DNA of 64,000 nt from positions 15,501-79,500 of the forward strand of contig JANQMU010000125.1 in NCBI GenBank assembly GCA_028279875.1, in the 5' to 3' direction. The position numbers and the translations under genes were made by a program. Position 1 is the stretch's first letter, and each line of letters starts with the position of its first letter. This stretch comes from Rhizobiaceae bacterium (GTDB lineage: Bacteria; Pseudomonadota; Alphaproteobacteria; Rhizobiales; Rhizobiaceae). Of the stretch, positions 39,820 through 50,512 are shown in pieces. Under the pieces are notes generated by a model. It was not told the DNA's origin. It saw only the letters and a program-made list of their open reading frames with translations, and made no database searches.

Positions 39820-40659
39820 TTGTCTGTTTTGTTTAGATTTGTGCTTGGGCGAATTCGAAGATTCAGTGGCACAAAATTCGGCTTAACGATACAGCGAATC
39901 GCATTCGCGATATATCGGGAAAGCTGCAACCCCGGGTACAACTTCGCTGAAAACGGGGAAAGCCGCGTCATCAAAGCGTTGAACCACTCCACACGTAAGG
40001 TAACCATCTTCGACGTCGGTGCCAATGTGGGACACTGGTCGATTGCCTGCATAAACGAATTCGGCCCCCAGGCTATTATATATGCCTTTGAACCGACTAG
40101 CAGGTCCTTTGCCCAATTGTGTTCCGCTACCGAGGGGATGGTGAACGTTCGCGCCAAGCAGATCGGCCTTTCCAGCAGCGAATGCGAGATGAATATCATG
40201 GTGAGCAGCACCACATCAGAAAAATCCGGTGTCGAGACAACCAAGGCCCCTGAATTGCTGGCGCGAATCTCCGATTTTCAACCTGAGCGACAGAAATTTG
40301 TTCGCGGCGACAGTTTCTGCGATAAACACAGTATAGAACAAATCAATTTCTTGAAGATCGATACAGAAGGCCACGACCTTGAGGTGTTGTTCGGCTTTGA
40401 CGCGATGCTCCGAAACAATAAAATTGATGTTATCCAGTTCGAATACAATAAGTACAACATATATACAAAGAGACTGCTCAACGACTTTTATCGTTTTTTG
40501 AATGAGACATGCACAGATGACGGCTTTAGAATTGGTCGCCTTTATCCATCCGGCGTCTATTTCAAGGCCTATCACCCAAACGATGAAAATTTTGTGGATG
40601 GCAACATCCTTGCGGTTCGCAGCGATCTACCCGATCTCATCAATCGATTCAGCATCTGA
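39820..40659 (+). CDS. FkbM family methyltransferase
   Basis: NGE, IFDVGANVG, AFEP, LKIDTEGHD..VL.G, IQFEY. Confidence 0.9.
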   Translation: MSVLFRFVLGRIRRFSGTKFGLTIQRIAFAIYRESCNPGYNFAENGESRVIKALNHSTRKVTIFDVGANVGHWSIACINEFGPQAIIYAFEPTSRSFAQLCSATEGMVNVRAKQIGLSSSECEMNIMVSSTTSEKSGVETTKAPELLARISDFQPERQKFVRGDSFCDKHSIEQINFLKIDTEGHDLEVLFGFDAMLRNNKIDVIQFEYNKYNIYTKRLLNDFYRFLNETCTDDGFRIGRLYPSGVYFKAYHPNDENFVDGNILAVRSDLPDLINRFSI

Positions 40660-41268
40660 GCCGGATTCCGACAGCATCGATATGTTCATCTGTCCCACAC
40701 GCGGTGCTTCCTTTGGGTCAAGATGAAATACATGTCGGCAATTCCGCGCTATTTTCACCGGCTTTGCTGAATGCCCGACCGCCAGTGTCAAAACGGCCTC
40801 AATGATGCCCTTGTGAGTCACAGCTACGACGGACCGTCTCAGACCCGCCACTTCGCGTAGCCATGACTGTATGCGCCGGTGTACTTCGCTTGGGCTCTCG
40901 CCCCCGGGGGCGTGAAAGTCAAGATAGCCGAGTTCTGCCTTCTGCTGGTTGCAACTTTGTGATCGGCCGATTTCAGCCAGTGTCTTTCCTTCCCAACGTC
41001 CCCAATCGACTTCGATCAGGCGCGGCTCGATGATGGGTTCACTGCACATGGCGCGCGCTGTTTCCAAGGCTCGGCTGAGTGGACTTGAGAACCACAACAT
41101 CTGCCCCGAACCCGGCGGACGTTTCCAGTCGGCAAGTATTGACCTTCCGCGCTCACTTAGTTGCACGTCTGTTCGACCCTGCAGCCGTCCCTCTTCGTTC
41201 CATTCCGTTTGGGCATGGCGGATGAGCGTCAGAACTGTCAATTTGTCATGCTCTTTGGAACCTGTCAT
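40627..41268 (-). CDS. Histidine phosphatase (PGM/CobC-like)
   Basis: IRHAQTEWN, SSPLSRALETA, E.DWG.WEG, GGES, VTHKG. Confidence 0.88.
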   Translation of the reverse strand: MTGSKEHDKLTVLTLIRHAQTEWNEEGRLQGRTDVQLSERGRSILADWKRPPGSGQMLWFSSPLSRALETARAMCSEPIIEPRLIEVDWGRWEGKTLAEIGRSQSCNQQKAELGYLDFHAPGGESPSEVHRRIQSWLREVAGLRRSVVAVTHKGIIEAVLTLAVGHSAKPVKIARNCRHVFHLDPKEAPRVGQMNISMLSESGSDAESIDEIG

Positions 41269-41342
41269 TTGGCATATGATCCAGAAGCACAAAGGTTCGC
41301 GTTAGTGATTATGTAGCTCTCAACGACCACCGGATATGCGTT

Positions 41343-42047
41343 CTACAAAATGCGGATTACACACTGCAAGTTGGTGAAAGCAACATATTCAAATTCGGAT
41401 TCTTCGAACACTTCGGTCAATGCGCGATACTCGTGCTGTCGCCAGTTGGGATAACCGTACAACTCGTCAAACAGAATAATCGTTCCGCTCACGCACCTGT
41501 CTTTCACGCGCTCCAATGCAAACTTGGTCGGTGTATAGGTGTCCATGTCGCAGTGAATGAACGCGATCGGCTCGTCAGTCACAGATTCTAAAAAATCGGG
41601 CAGAGTGTCCTGCACCCAACCTTTTATCAGTCGAACATTGTTGGGGACTTTCGGCAGTTTTCCCTGTGTGCTGAATTTGGATTTGCCGCCGCCGATCTGA
41701 CCCGTCCAATTCTCTTCCAGCCCTTCAAATGAATCGAATCCGATGACCGTTCTTTTGTCACCTCTCCCACTCAAAGCTCGCGCAAATCTTGTTATCGAGT
41801 TTCCTCTGAATACTCCAAACTCAAGGATGAGACCCTCATCGGCTATGTCCTTTATCGCATAATCCCTGATACCGGATATGGAACGCAGCAAAACGACATC
41901 ATCCAGCTTGCTCTCCAGGAAATCCGCACTATCGAGCCGAGACCGTTCCAACAGAATATCCATAACCGTTGGAACCCTGCTCTTGGTTATGGAGTCGTTC
42001 CAAAGTGCTCCAACTCGCCTTATGGCATTTTTGATTTTTTGCCTCAT
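41343..42047 (-). CDS. TylF/MycF-like O-methyltransferase
   Basis: LEFGVFRG, GFDSFEGL, KGWVQDTLP, HCDMDTY, LFDE. Confidence 0.85.
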   Translation of the reverse strand: MRQKIKNAIRRVGALWNDSITKSRVPTVMDILLERSRLDSADFLESKLDDVVLLRSISGIRDYAIKDIADEGLILEFGVFRGNSITRFARALSGRGDKRTVIGFDSFEGLEENWTGQIGGGKSKFSTQGKLPKVPNNVRLIKGWVQDTLPDFLESVTDEPIAFIHCDMDTYTPTKFALERVKDRCVSGTIILFDELYGYPNWRQHEYRALTEVFEESEFEYVAFTNLQCVIRIL

Positions 42048-42201
42048 CGTCGCCTACCACACAATTATGAATTGCGATTATCTGTTTGTGAACTTGAAAG
42101 GATGCGCATTCGTCGGCGACACCAAGCGGCGTGCCGCAGAGAGTTCAAAGGCTGCCGGGCGGGCCCCTATGCTAATGCAATTCCTGGAAGACACTGCTAG
42201 C

Positions 42202-44046
42202 TCAGGAAGCCTTCTGCATCCCTTTGGGTTTAGTCAGGCGGCGATAGAGATCTGATTTTCTCTTCAGTTGTTCGTGCGTACCTGTCGCAATCAAAGATCC
42301 GTCTTCGAAGACCCAAATTTCATCGCAGTTCCGCACCAGATTGAGACGGTGGGAAACAATGATCGTTGTGATCTCACCGTGTAGTGCGTTTATCGATTGA
42401 GCGATTTGTTGCTCCACCAGAGTATCCAGAGCGCTAGTCGCCTCATCGAGAATCAGAATATCCGCACCGCGATAAAGTGCTCGCGCAATCACGACGCGCT
42501 GGCGTTCCCCCCCAGAGAGTAGCGCTCCCCGTTCTCCCAACCTGGAAGACAGACCCTTTGGGAGCTTCGCAATCACGTTGCTGAGCTGAGCCAGTTCAAT
42601 CGCGCGGTCGAGCCGCCCCTGATCATCTTTACCAATCTCGGAATTGTCGAAGACAATATTCTCGCGGAGAGATGCATCAAGCAAAAACGGTTGCTGGGTT
42701 ACATAACCAAAGCGACGCCGCCATCCTCTCCTGCTGTCAGCGACAAGGATGTCTCCATCAACATCAACTGATCCCTCAGATGGCTCGAGTAGGCCGGCTA
42801 CTAGGTCTATTAAGGTGCTCTTGCCCGCTCCCGAAGGCCCGACGACGCCGTATGACTGCCCCGGTTTTATGGTCAGGGATATATTGTGAACGGCCGGGCG
42901 TTCCGCCCCCGCATAACTCAGCGCCGCATCCTTTAGCCGAATTTCGTGCCATGGACTTGCAACCAACTTTCCTTGCGACATGATTTCAGTTGCTTCAGTC
43001 GCAGTGACTAACGCTTCAAGATCCCGAATGATCGGGAAAGAGCTCATCAAGGTCGCGAGACCGGACACCAGCGTTGAGAAAATCGGCATGAGGCGAAGCA
43101 GGCCCAACCCATAAAGCAGGAGCAGTTCCGTGATTTTCGAACTCTGAATGCCCGTCAAAATGACGTAAACGCCAATGCCGATTAATGCGCCGTATGCAAG
43201 AACTTCAAGCACTATTCGCGGAGCCTGGAACAGTTGCTGAGCTTTCGCGTCACCTTGGGCATAGAGCGTGACCTGTTCATCGAACATCTCCGAAAAGCGG
43301 TCCTCCGCACCCGCCATCTTCACTTCCTTAACGCCGAGAATAGCCTCGGAACTGATCATTTGCGCCTTGAGGATCGAACGCCTTTTCGTGTTTGCTATCT
43401 GCAGAATCTCCGGTCGAACGAAGATGAATATCATGGACGCAAAAACACCCGCTGCAACCGCCACCAGAAGTCCTGCTCCCGGGTTTGCCCAGATCAGAAC
43501 GACGACGATAACCGTAGCAAACAGAATGTCATTCACCAATCGTAACAGCGTTCGGATATATTGGCGCGACCAATTGGAAACAAAGCCAAAGAGCCGCTCG
43601 CGAAGACGCGCGGAATTTTGCTGAACCAACCACGCATAACGTGCAGTAAGAACCCGTTTCATTAAAAATGAGCTCAACCTTACTTCGCAGTCTGCCGAGA
43701 AACGCGCCGTCCAACCCACGTGCATCCAAGAGTAAATACTCCTGATGAGGATTAGTGACGTAATACCTCCAGCGAGCTGTAGGAGCATCGTTTTTCGGTC
43801 AGCACCGGTCAGCAATGGCTCGAGCCATGCGAGTGTCTTCCCCTGAGGTATATTGGACGGATCGATCATCAACATGACGACCGGAATAATCGAGACCAGC
43901 ACCGCGGTCTGTAAAAACGCATCAAAGAGTGAGGAAAACAGCAGCGCGACAGCTTTGCGCCGCTCTGCTGTAGTCATCAGAAGTATCCCACTTCGGAGTC
44001 CGTCAACCAGTTCCCAAAGACGTGTACTGATATTCCGCTTGCTCAT
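42202..44046 (-). CDS. ABC exporter, fused permease/ATPase (PglK/Wzk-like)
   Basis: N-terminal TMs, GVKEVK, LRLMP, GPSGAGKST, LSGGERQR, LDEATSALD. Confidence 0.88.
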   Translation of the reverse strand: MSKRNISTRLWELVDGLRSGILLMTTAERRKAVALLFSSLFDAFLQTAVLVSIIPVVMLMIDPSNIPQGKTLAWLEPLLTGADRKTMLLQLAGGITSLILIRSIYSWMHVGWTARFSADCEVRLSSFLMKRVLTARYAWLVQQNSARLRERLFGFVSNWSRQYIRTLLRLVNDILFATVIVVVLIWANPGAGLLVAVAAGVFASMIFIFVRPEILQIANTKRRSILKAQMISSEAILGVKEVKMAGAEDRFSEMFDEQVTLYAQGDAKAQQLFQAPRIVLEVLAYGALIGIGVYVILTGIQSSKITELLLLYGLGLLRLMPIFSTLVSGLATLMSSFPIIRDLEALVTATEATEIMSQGKLVASPWHEIRLKDAALSYAGAERPAVHNISLTIKPGQSYGVVGPSGAGKSTLIDLVAGLLEPSEGSVDVDGDILVADSRRGWRRRFGYVTQQPFLLDASLRENIVFDNSEIGKDDQGRLDRAIELAQLSNVIAKLPKGLSSRLGERGALLSGGERQRVVIARALYRGADILILDEATSALDTLVEQQIAQSINALHGEITTIIVSHRLNLVRNCDEIWVFEDGSLIATGTHEQLKRKSDLYRRLTKPKGMQKAS

Positions 44047-44529
44047 TTATGTTAAGCCCGAGCCACCCGATTGCATATGGTTCCAGCTACACACCTTGCA
44101 GTGTAACCACCTGCAATTGTTGGGTGGAAAAGTGGGTTAATGACAAAATGTGCGGGGATTCCGTCAATCAGATGGGGCAATTACCTAGCCTAATTCTCCA
44201 GCTTCTGCGCAGCGACAATCAAGACCAACAATTCAGCTATGATCTTGTTCAGGCCTGATAGAATTCAGCAATGGTTCCAGTTCGATTGGAACAAACGAAT
44301 GAGGCTGCGCGACACATTCGTTGATATTCCAGATCTATTTTTCACCTGAGGCACATACCAATGAACTGTTAGCATTTATACAATTTGCCGAGTTATTGGC
44401 TTCATCCCGCTGAAGAATTGGTACTTCATGGTCTGCAATTAGTCTTCCTGAATATAAGAAAACAAACGTCGTGAAATGGTGCAACAATATCATATGGAAG
44501 TTGATCAACTTAACCTCAACTACGAACAC

Positions 44530-45483
44530 TCAGTCTCGAACAGCAATAACTGGCCCAACGTTGAACTGGACTTTCTGTGGAATATCTGCTGTTGAGTGAA
44601 CGACCTTGAATCCCAGTCTTTTCACATCTTCCATTCTTCCTGTGAAATAACCAGTTCGACGCACATATGCTCGACCAGGGTCTTTCAGATTGTATTCCCG
44701 CCATGGCTCGAATAACAGCAAAGCTTGTGCAGACACGCGACAGATTTCTTTTAGGGCTTGCTCTCGGATCTGTTCCATTTGTTCGAGAGCAAGGACTGAA
44801 TAGACGAGATCAAAAGAATGATCTGAATATGGTAGCGCTTTAGCATCGCCAACCCGCAGTTCCACTCCTTGATGGGCGTTCAGGTCAACGATTGGTTCAG
44901 GTGAATTCTCGACCATACCAGCGGGCAGTTCTGATAACAGTTGCGCCGCCTGCGCAACAGCGATCCCCTTTTCAGTCAATTCAACTCCAGAAAATTTGAC
45001 ATCCGGAAATCGTGCTGCAAGATTCAAAAGAATATTTCCATTGCCACACCCAACTTCGAGCACCCTTCTTGGTTGCAACGTTTTCACAGCGCGCATCAAA
45101 TATAGTAGTTGCACCTGACGCAACACTTGCAACATAACGATCATGCCATGCTGTCTCCATTGGACGGCATGCTTATGGTTGTTGAGGATAGACATAAACT
45201 GGTCTAATGTTTCCGCTCGGCTCCAGTGAGTTTCGTAGCTGTCCCGAACCTCAGCCTGATCGCGCGCATTGCGACCCAATTTGATAATCCTGCCAAACCA
45301 CCTTCGAAAGCCCAGTCGGCGATTGCCGATAGCCTTAGCACGAATTTCAACCCAATCCGGGTCATCAACGTCGTACTCTTCCGCTTTATACTGACTAAGG
45401 ACGGCATCAATCTCATTGTCAGGGACTACAAAATCCTCACCAAGCAGCGAATCGAATTCAGCGTTTGTTTGTGTCGACGTCAT
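44530..45483 (-). CDS. Class I SAM-dependent methyltransferase
   Basis: VLEVGCGNG, GDAKALPY...FDLVYS..ALEQM. Confidence 0.85.
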   Translation of the reverse strand: MTSTQTNAEFDSLLGEDFVVPDNEIDAVLSQYKAEEYDVDDPDWVEIRAKAIGNRRLGFRRWFGRIIKLGRNARDQAEVRDSYETHWSRAETLDQFMSILNNHKHAVQWRQHGMIVMLQVLRQVQLLYLMRAVKTLQPRRVLEVGCGNGNILLNLAARFPDVKFSGVELTEKGIAVAQAAQLLSELPAGMVENSPEPIVDLNAHQGVELRVGDAKALPYSDHSFDLVYSVLALEQMEQIREQALKEICRVSAQALLLFEPWREYNLKDPGRAYVRRTGYFTGRMEDVKRLGFKVVHSTADIPQKVQFNVGPVIAVRD

Positions 45484-45577
45484 AACAAATATTCTTATTT
45501 TGCGGAGTGGACATCAGGTGGCTCAGATGCAAATTCGACCAAAGCATTCCAAAACACCAGATGGAAGGATTTTCATC

Positions 45578-46504
45578 CTATTCGACAAAGAGAAGGGCAT
45601 TAGGGTTGCAAAATTCGATTTCCGCGAGTGAATTGCGCGAAACATTAATGTGGTCTCCTGCAACTGTTCTATTGGGTGAAGCCGCCAAAAGTGTATCCGG
45701 GCGCGAGACGTACTGAAACTGGAAGGCCAATCGCGGGTGCTCCCGGGATCGGCTGCCCTGATGCAAACACCGGGAAGTGTCGGCGAAAACGCCACTCCCT
45801 GGAGGACCCAAAGCTGTAATCTGTTGCTCCTCCGGCACTGCACGGGCCACATCAGCATCGCTGAGTGTCTTTAATAGCCCTCCGCTACGAAACGCCCACG
45901 GTGTGCCCGATTTTGGTAGAAAGGTGAAGCCCCCGCCTCCACTTTCCACCTCCCAAATATTGACGAAACACTTAATTTGCGTCAACGCATCGCCATCAAC
46001 GTGAAATATCTGACTGCCAGCGACTGTATCGTTGACCGCTGAATAGTAGAGACCAATAGAATGAAGCCTGGGAACGTGACCCAAGTAGCCCGTCACGATT
46101 TCAGTCACCACCTTGCTCAATGCGAAGTTTAGGAGGACGGGGTATTCGTTCAAATCATTAGTGGTCAATATGTTGAAGAAATACGGCTTGCTGGAGTTGT
46201 TCCGGTCCGACAACGCCTCCTCACGCCTCGAAAATATTGATCTACAGGCTGTGACAATTTCACGTAATTGCGGAAACTGATCCGGCAAAAACGCGCGATA
46301 TCCTTCGCGCTCTGGGATGTATGCGGCCCATTTCGAATTGGCCAATATGGCTTTAGCCTGGCGTTTTGCAGCAAACGTAGCAACTGGTGATGCCAATACC
46401 CGCCTCGCAGTAACGATATTTAAAGTGAGTAAAGGCCATCCCGCACTAAACCCTTTCTTTACCAGGTGTCGATCCAATCGATGGCCAAAACTGATGTCAC
46501 TCAT
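45578..46504 (-). CDS. Putative Fe(II)/2-oxoglutarate dioxygenase (PhyH-like)
   Basis: SQIFHVDGD (HxD), IKCFV, GSGVFADTSRCLHQG..R; AGGAGG RBS. Confidence 0.68.
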   Translation of the reverse strand: MSDISFGHRLDRHLVKKGFSAGWPLLTLNIVTARRVLASPVATFAAKRQAKAILANSKWAAYIPEREGYRAFLPDQFPQLREIVTACRSIFSRREEALSDRNNSSKPYFFNILTTNDLNEYPVLLNFALSKVVTEIVTGYLGHVPRLHSIGLYYSAVNDTVAGSQIFHVDGDALTQIKCFVNIWEVESGGGGFTFLPKSGTPWAFRSGGLLKTLSDADVARAVPEEQQITALGPPGSGVFADTSRCLHQGSRSREHPRLAFQFQYVSRPDTLLAASPNRTVAGDHINVSRNSLAEIEFCNPNALLFVE

Positions 46505-46900
46505 CGAATGCACCCTCCTATTCGATTTAGAGAACAAGATGGGCATGAACAACACAGGATCTATTCATTTCCACATGCCAAAAAAACATGCACTTTGTCT
46601 ACACCAAACCCATCACAGACTTTGCCGAACGCATCCAATCTCTATTATTACTTGCCATACGATTATTCGCTGAAACACCTAAATTTATCCACGTAGCAGT
46701 GAACGATTTACGCCGACCTAACCTTCTATCTGGCTGTCTGACTGGAAACTCAACTTGCGGAAATCACAACTCGATAAAAATCAGATCGAACAAATTCGAA
46801 TTCCCCCTCGAATAACTCTTCTAGGTTGAACCAGTTGCGGTGTTACAGCCACCCTCAAAACTAAGCATCAGTCCGACGAACTTGGGAACCTGATAGAATC

Positions 46901-47722
46901 TCAGGAATTGTTAATGAAAATGGCATGGCCGTTCAAATTGTGAATAAATGTGAGGTCGGTGCTCGATCGTAGTTCGTTGCAAAAATCCGTGACCCCCTCA
47001 CATCCTGAAAAGCCGTAGTCATCAAATACAACAATAGCATTTTTTGCCAATTTCGGCAGGACCCACTCGATAATATCTTTTGTCGAATAATAAATATCCA
47101 CATCGGAATGAAGAAATGCAATTTTTTCCTGAATTACATCACCATGATCATCCGGAAATACACCTTTCAGTATTTGTGGTTCAGGAAGATCGAGTTTTTC
47201 ATACAAATCATGTATGTATTTGAGATCATAGACTGCGTGTTCGCCATCAGTGTATTCATGATCCCGATCCGATGTCTTGACAACACCTGCAAAGGTATCT
47301 GCGATATAGAATTTTTTTGAAATACCGCTTTGTTTAAGTGCACTTTGAATAATTGCGGATGATCCTCCGCGCCAGACACCAACTTCAAGAACAGATCCTT
47401 CAATTTTCTTTATTTGTTTTATGAGTGAAAACAATTCATAACATCGATAAATATCTACCATTGTATATTTTTTTGCAGCACGATAGGCGTCTTGAAACTC
47501 TTTGTCGTCTATCCAAGGACTATATGACGCGCGCGGTTGAATAATAGAATGGGCGATATGCGGTTTGTTTCTCACAATTTGTCTATTTTGTCTTTTTATC
47601 ACGTTTGGTTTAACTCGAGATAACTTCACACCAAAGAGAGTCATCAAATAATAATTTACCAACTGCTTAATCGTAGTTGAAAATCTCATTCGTTCAATTT
47701 CGTCTGAAAACTTCACCTTCAA
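46901..47722 (-). CDS. TylF/MycF-like O-methyltransferase
   Basis: LEVGVWRGG, DTFAG, GVFPD, HSDVDIY, VFDDYG; strongly AT-rich. Confidence 0.85.
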   Translation of the reverse strand: MKVKFSDEIERMRFSTTIKQLVNYYLMTLFGVKLSRVKPNVIKRQNRQIVRNKPHIAHSIIQPRASYSPWIDDKEFQDAYRAAKKYTMVDIYRCYELFSLIKQIKKIEGSVLEVGVWRGGSSAIIQSALKQSGISKKFYIADTFAGVVKTSDRDHEYTDGEHAVYDLKYIHDLYEKLDLPEPQILKGVFPDDHGDVIQEKIAFLHSDVDIYYSTKDIIEWVLPKLAKNAIVVFDDYGFSGCEGVTDFCNELRSSTDLTFIHNLNGHAIFINNS

Positions 47723-47822
47723 ACCGCCCTTTCCCCGGTTGACAACTAAATATGTCGTTTCTGGATCTTATGAGACCATGTTTTTTGCAAACCGATTTAC
47801 GACCTTCAGGTCGTGATGGGCA

Positions 47823-48809
47823 TCATATGGGTTTACGGACGATGAAACGCATGTGATTGCCACAGCCTGCGCCGTCAATGACCGGTTGCAGGATATCAAC
47901 CATTTCTTCGAGGAACCGAGACACATCCGGCCGTTCCAAGATGTCTCTGTAGTACGAGTACATATCAGCGATGTCCATACCCTTTGTGGCAGAGTAGACT
48001 GCTTCAAATCCGACACGTTTAAGTACCGGTTGAAGGGACCCCTCCGTAAAGTAGAATAGATGTTCAACTGGCATGCACAGAGACGAATTCCCCTTGAGTA
48101 TTTTGAAGCCCATGGAATCCAGATTAGGTACGAAAAACAGTGCAATGCCTCCTGGTTTGAGTAGGCGAAAAATATGTGTGAGCATATCTTCTGGGTCGGG
48201 GACGTGCTCTAAGACATCAAACATTGTAATGACATCATACAGTTCGCTATCAGGCATTTCGCCTAGTGGCTGAGTCCACACTTCAATGCCCATTCGATCG
48301 CCGGTAAAACCAGCCAATTCCTCTCCTAGCTCAAGACCGGATACATCAAACCCGTCGTCCCTGGCGCACTCTAAAAACCAGCCGGTACCACAGCCAATAT
48401 CCAATAGCCGAGCGCCATTGTGCTCGCGTCTAAGATATTTTTTGATAATTGAAATCCTCTCAGCGCCAAAGCGCTTCTTTCTGTATTCTGCGTTATCTTG
48501 ATAGTCACTAATCGCGATCGGTAAGTAATCCCGATCACTATACACATCGTTTGTATTTACGGGAAATTCTTCCGAATAGCCGAGGGTGCAAGTCCTACAC
48601 TGGAGGATATTCATCTCAAAACGGCTAAAAATAACTTCGCGGTCCACCGAACCACAGAATGGACAACTCTCAACCTTTCGCGTGCCTTGCCCTTTGCGAA
48701 CATTCTCGACACATCGCCAAATCTCCCGTTCACGCTTTTTGTCAAATCCGGGGAAGCGCATCTCATGGAGGTTAATGGGAACATATTCATTTATGTATTT
48801 GGCAAGCAA
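47823..48809 (-). CDS. Class I SAM-dependent methyltransferase with Zn-ribbon
   Basis: CPFC..CRTC, LLDIGCGTG, FDVLEHVPDP, VPN, EHLFYF. Confidence 0.88.
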   Translation of the reverse strand: MLAKYINEYVPINLHEMRFPGFDKKREREIWRCVENVRKGQGTRKVESCPFCGSVDREVIFSRFEMNILQCRTCTLGYSEEFPVNTNDVYSDRDYLPIAISDYQDNAEYRKKRFGAERISIIKKYLRREHNGARLLDIGCGTGWFLECARDDGFDVSGLELGEELAGFTGDRMGIEVWTQPLGEMPDSELYDVITMFDVLEHVPDPEDMLTHIFRLLKPGGIALFFVPNLDSMGFKILKGNSSLCMPVEHLFYFTEGSLQPVLKRVGFEAVYSATKGMDIADMYSYYRDILERPDVSRFLEEMVDILQPVIDGAGCGNHMRFIVRKPI

Positions 48810-48884
48810 GGAATATCCTCCGATTTAGAAGCGAAAACGACAATCAATCATGTTTAATTGAAAAATCGGGTTCATCGGATCCAC

Positions 48885-49604
48885 TTAGTCTTTTCTCATA
48901 ATTCTGTCAGCATCAACGAGCTCATGCTCGTAGTCGATGTCAATCGACTCCCGATCAAGAAAAAATGGCAAGATATTGCGACCGGTAATGGACCTCTGAT
49001 CGAAAATTGTGTTTGGCCGCGTGATGTCTATGAACCCGTCATGCTGATAGACTCTAGGCAGGCGTTGACGCGCCTGATTGTATGGCTCGGCAACGCCATG
49101 CAACTCCATAATTGCGGACAGGAAACCGGTGTCGGCGAGCTGCCACATTTTGTAGGGCGAAAAGCAGGCGGGGACCACCGCTCGCAACGAGTCTGCATCT
49201 GGTCGACTAGCCATAAGGTTGACCGCACGGTCGATCAAACTTACATCGCGGATGGGAGTGGTAGGGCGCAACTGCACCACCAAATCTGGCAAATAATGCT
49301 CATTGTTGCGCAGCCAAATCAGGGCGTGTCTAACAAATTCATAGTCAGTACTAAGATCCTGAGCAAATTCGGACGGCCGAATAAATGGCACTTCGGCACC
49401 AGCATGAAGACCAACGTCGGCGATTTCTTCATCATCCGTAGTCAGGATTACACGATCAATCGAACTTGCTTGCAGTGCATGGTCGATGGCGTGAACGACC
49501 ATCGGTTTGCCCCCAAGAATTCGAAGATTCTTGCGTGGCATGCTCTTGGAACCACCACGCGCTGGTACCAGCGCTAACACTTCCAAATTTTTGTCGTCTC
49601 GCAC
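48885..49604 (-). CDS. Acylneuraminate cytidylyltransferase (NeuA-like)
   Basis: PARGGSKSMPRKN, TTD, LRPTTPIR, RQRLP, DID. Confidence 0.9.
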   Translation of the reverse strand: MRDDKNLEVLALVPARGGSKSMPRKNLRILGGKPMVVHAIDHALQASSIDRVILTTDDEEIADVGLHAGAEVPFIRPSEFAQDLSTDYEFVRHALIWLRNNEHYLPDLVVQLRPTTPIRDVSLIDRAVNLMASRPDADSLRAVVPACFSPYKMWQLADTGFLSAIMELHGVAEPYNQARQRLPRVYQHDGFIDITRPNTIFDQRSITGRNILPFFLDRESIDIDYEHELVDADRIMRKD

Positions 49605-50122
49605 TACGTTCTCTCGATCACCTGTTCGGAACCGCCATATTCCAGACCGAGAACCCGCTCTACTATTTCTCGTGCGACTCCGTCACCACCGTTGGTCGAT
49701 AGGATTTTCCACGCGATATTTTTTACTTCCGGATGAGCATCAGCGACGGCGACCGGATAGCCCACCACCCTCATCACCGATATGTCGTTAAGGTCATTCC
49801 CGATGAACATCACATTGGCAAGGTCGACTCCAACTTCATGACAATGGTCAATCAATTCTTGTCGTTTGTCTTTGATGCCTTGAAGAACCGGTACACGTAA
49901 CTTGGTTGCCCGAACAGAAACAACAGGGTTATTTTCTGTAGACAAGATCATCGTCGGCAATTGAGCTGTATTCAGCATGTCAAATGCCAGACCGTCGGCA
50001 CGGTTGCAGACCACAGCCTCTAGACCGTTTTCCGATACTAGCACGCGATTGTCGGTCAAAACGCCATCGAAATCGAATACGACCAACTCGATTGATTTCC
50101 TGATGTCCTGTACCATGTACAT
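49604..50122 (-). CDS. KdsC/KDN-9-phosphate phosphatase-like HAD
   Basis: FDFDGVLTD, DG, ILSTE, GNDLND, GGDGVARE. Confidence 0.88.
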   Translation of the reverse strand: MYMVQDIRKSIELVVFDFDGVLTDNRVLVSENGLEAVVCNRADGLAFDMLNTAQLPTMILSTENNPVVSVRATKLRVPVLQGIKDKRQELIDHCHEVGVDLANVMFIGNDLNDISVMRVVGYPVAVADAHPEVKNIAWKILSTNGGDGVAREIVERVLGLEYGGSEQVIERT

Positions 50123-50512
50123 GTCGACCTTCTTTGGCAAAGCGCAATTCACCTCTGTTGCGTGGACTTGCCGGATTCTGATCCGAGAAGCAGGCAATGC
50201 ACGCAGTGGTTTGAATCACACATCTGCATCAATATGGTAATCCAACTTGATAATAATTGCTCCACACACGTTCTGAACAGCGGATCCTTCAATGATCTGC
50301 GAGATAATGTTGCGGTCAATTATCTGTCGGGAGATATTTTATGTCCGTGATTTGCGGAAGCAAACGAATGCACCCATCAAACCCACTTGCAAGAAGCGGG
50401 CACAATGTCCCCTTTGTCTCTATTGCCAACAATGATCCGGTGCACATTTTTGGAGCGTACTATGGACGAAACTCAGACTAGCTCCATCCTGGCCCGTTCT
50501 CGGGCGCCCGTA

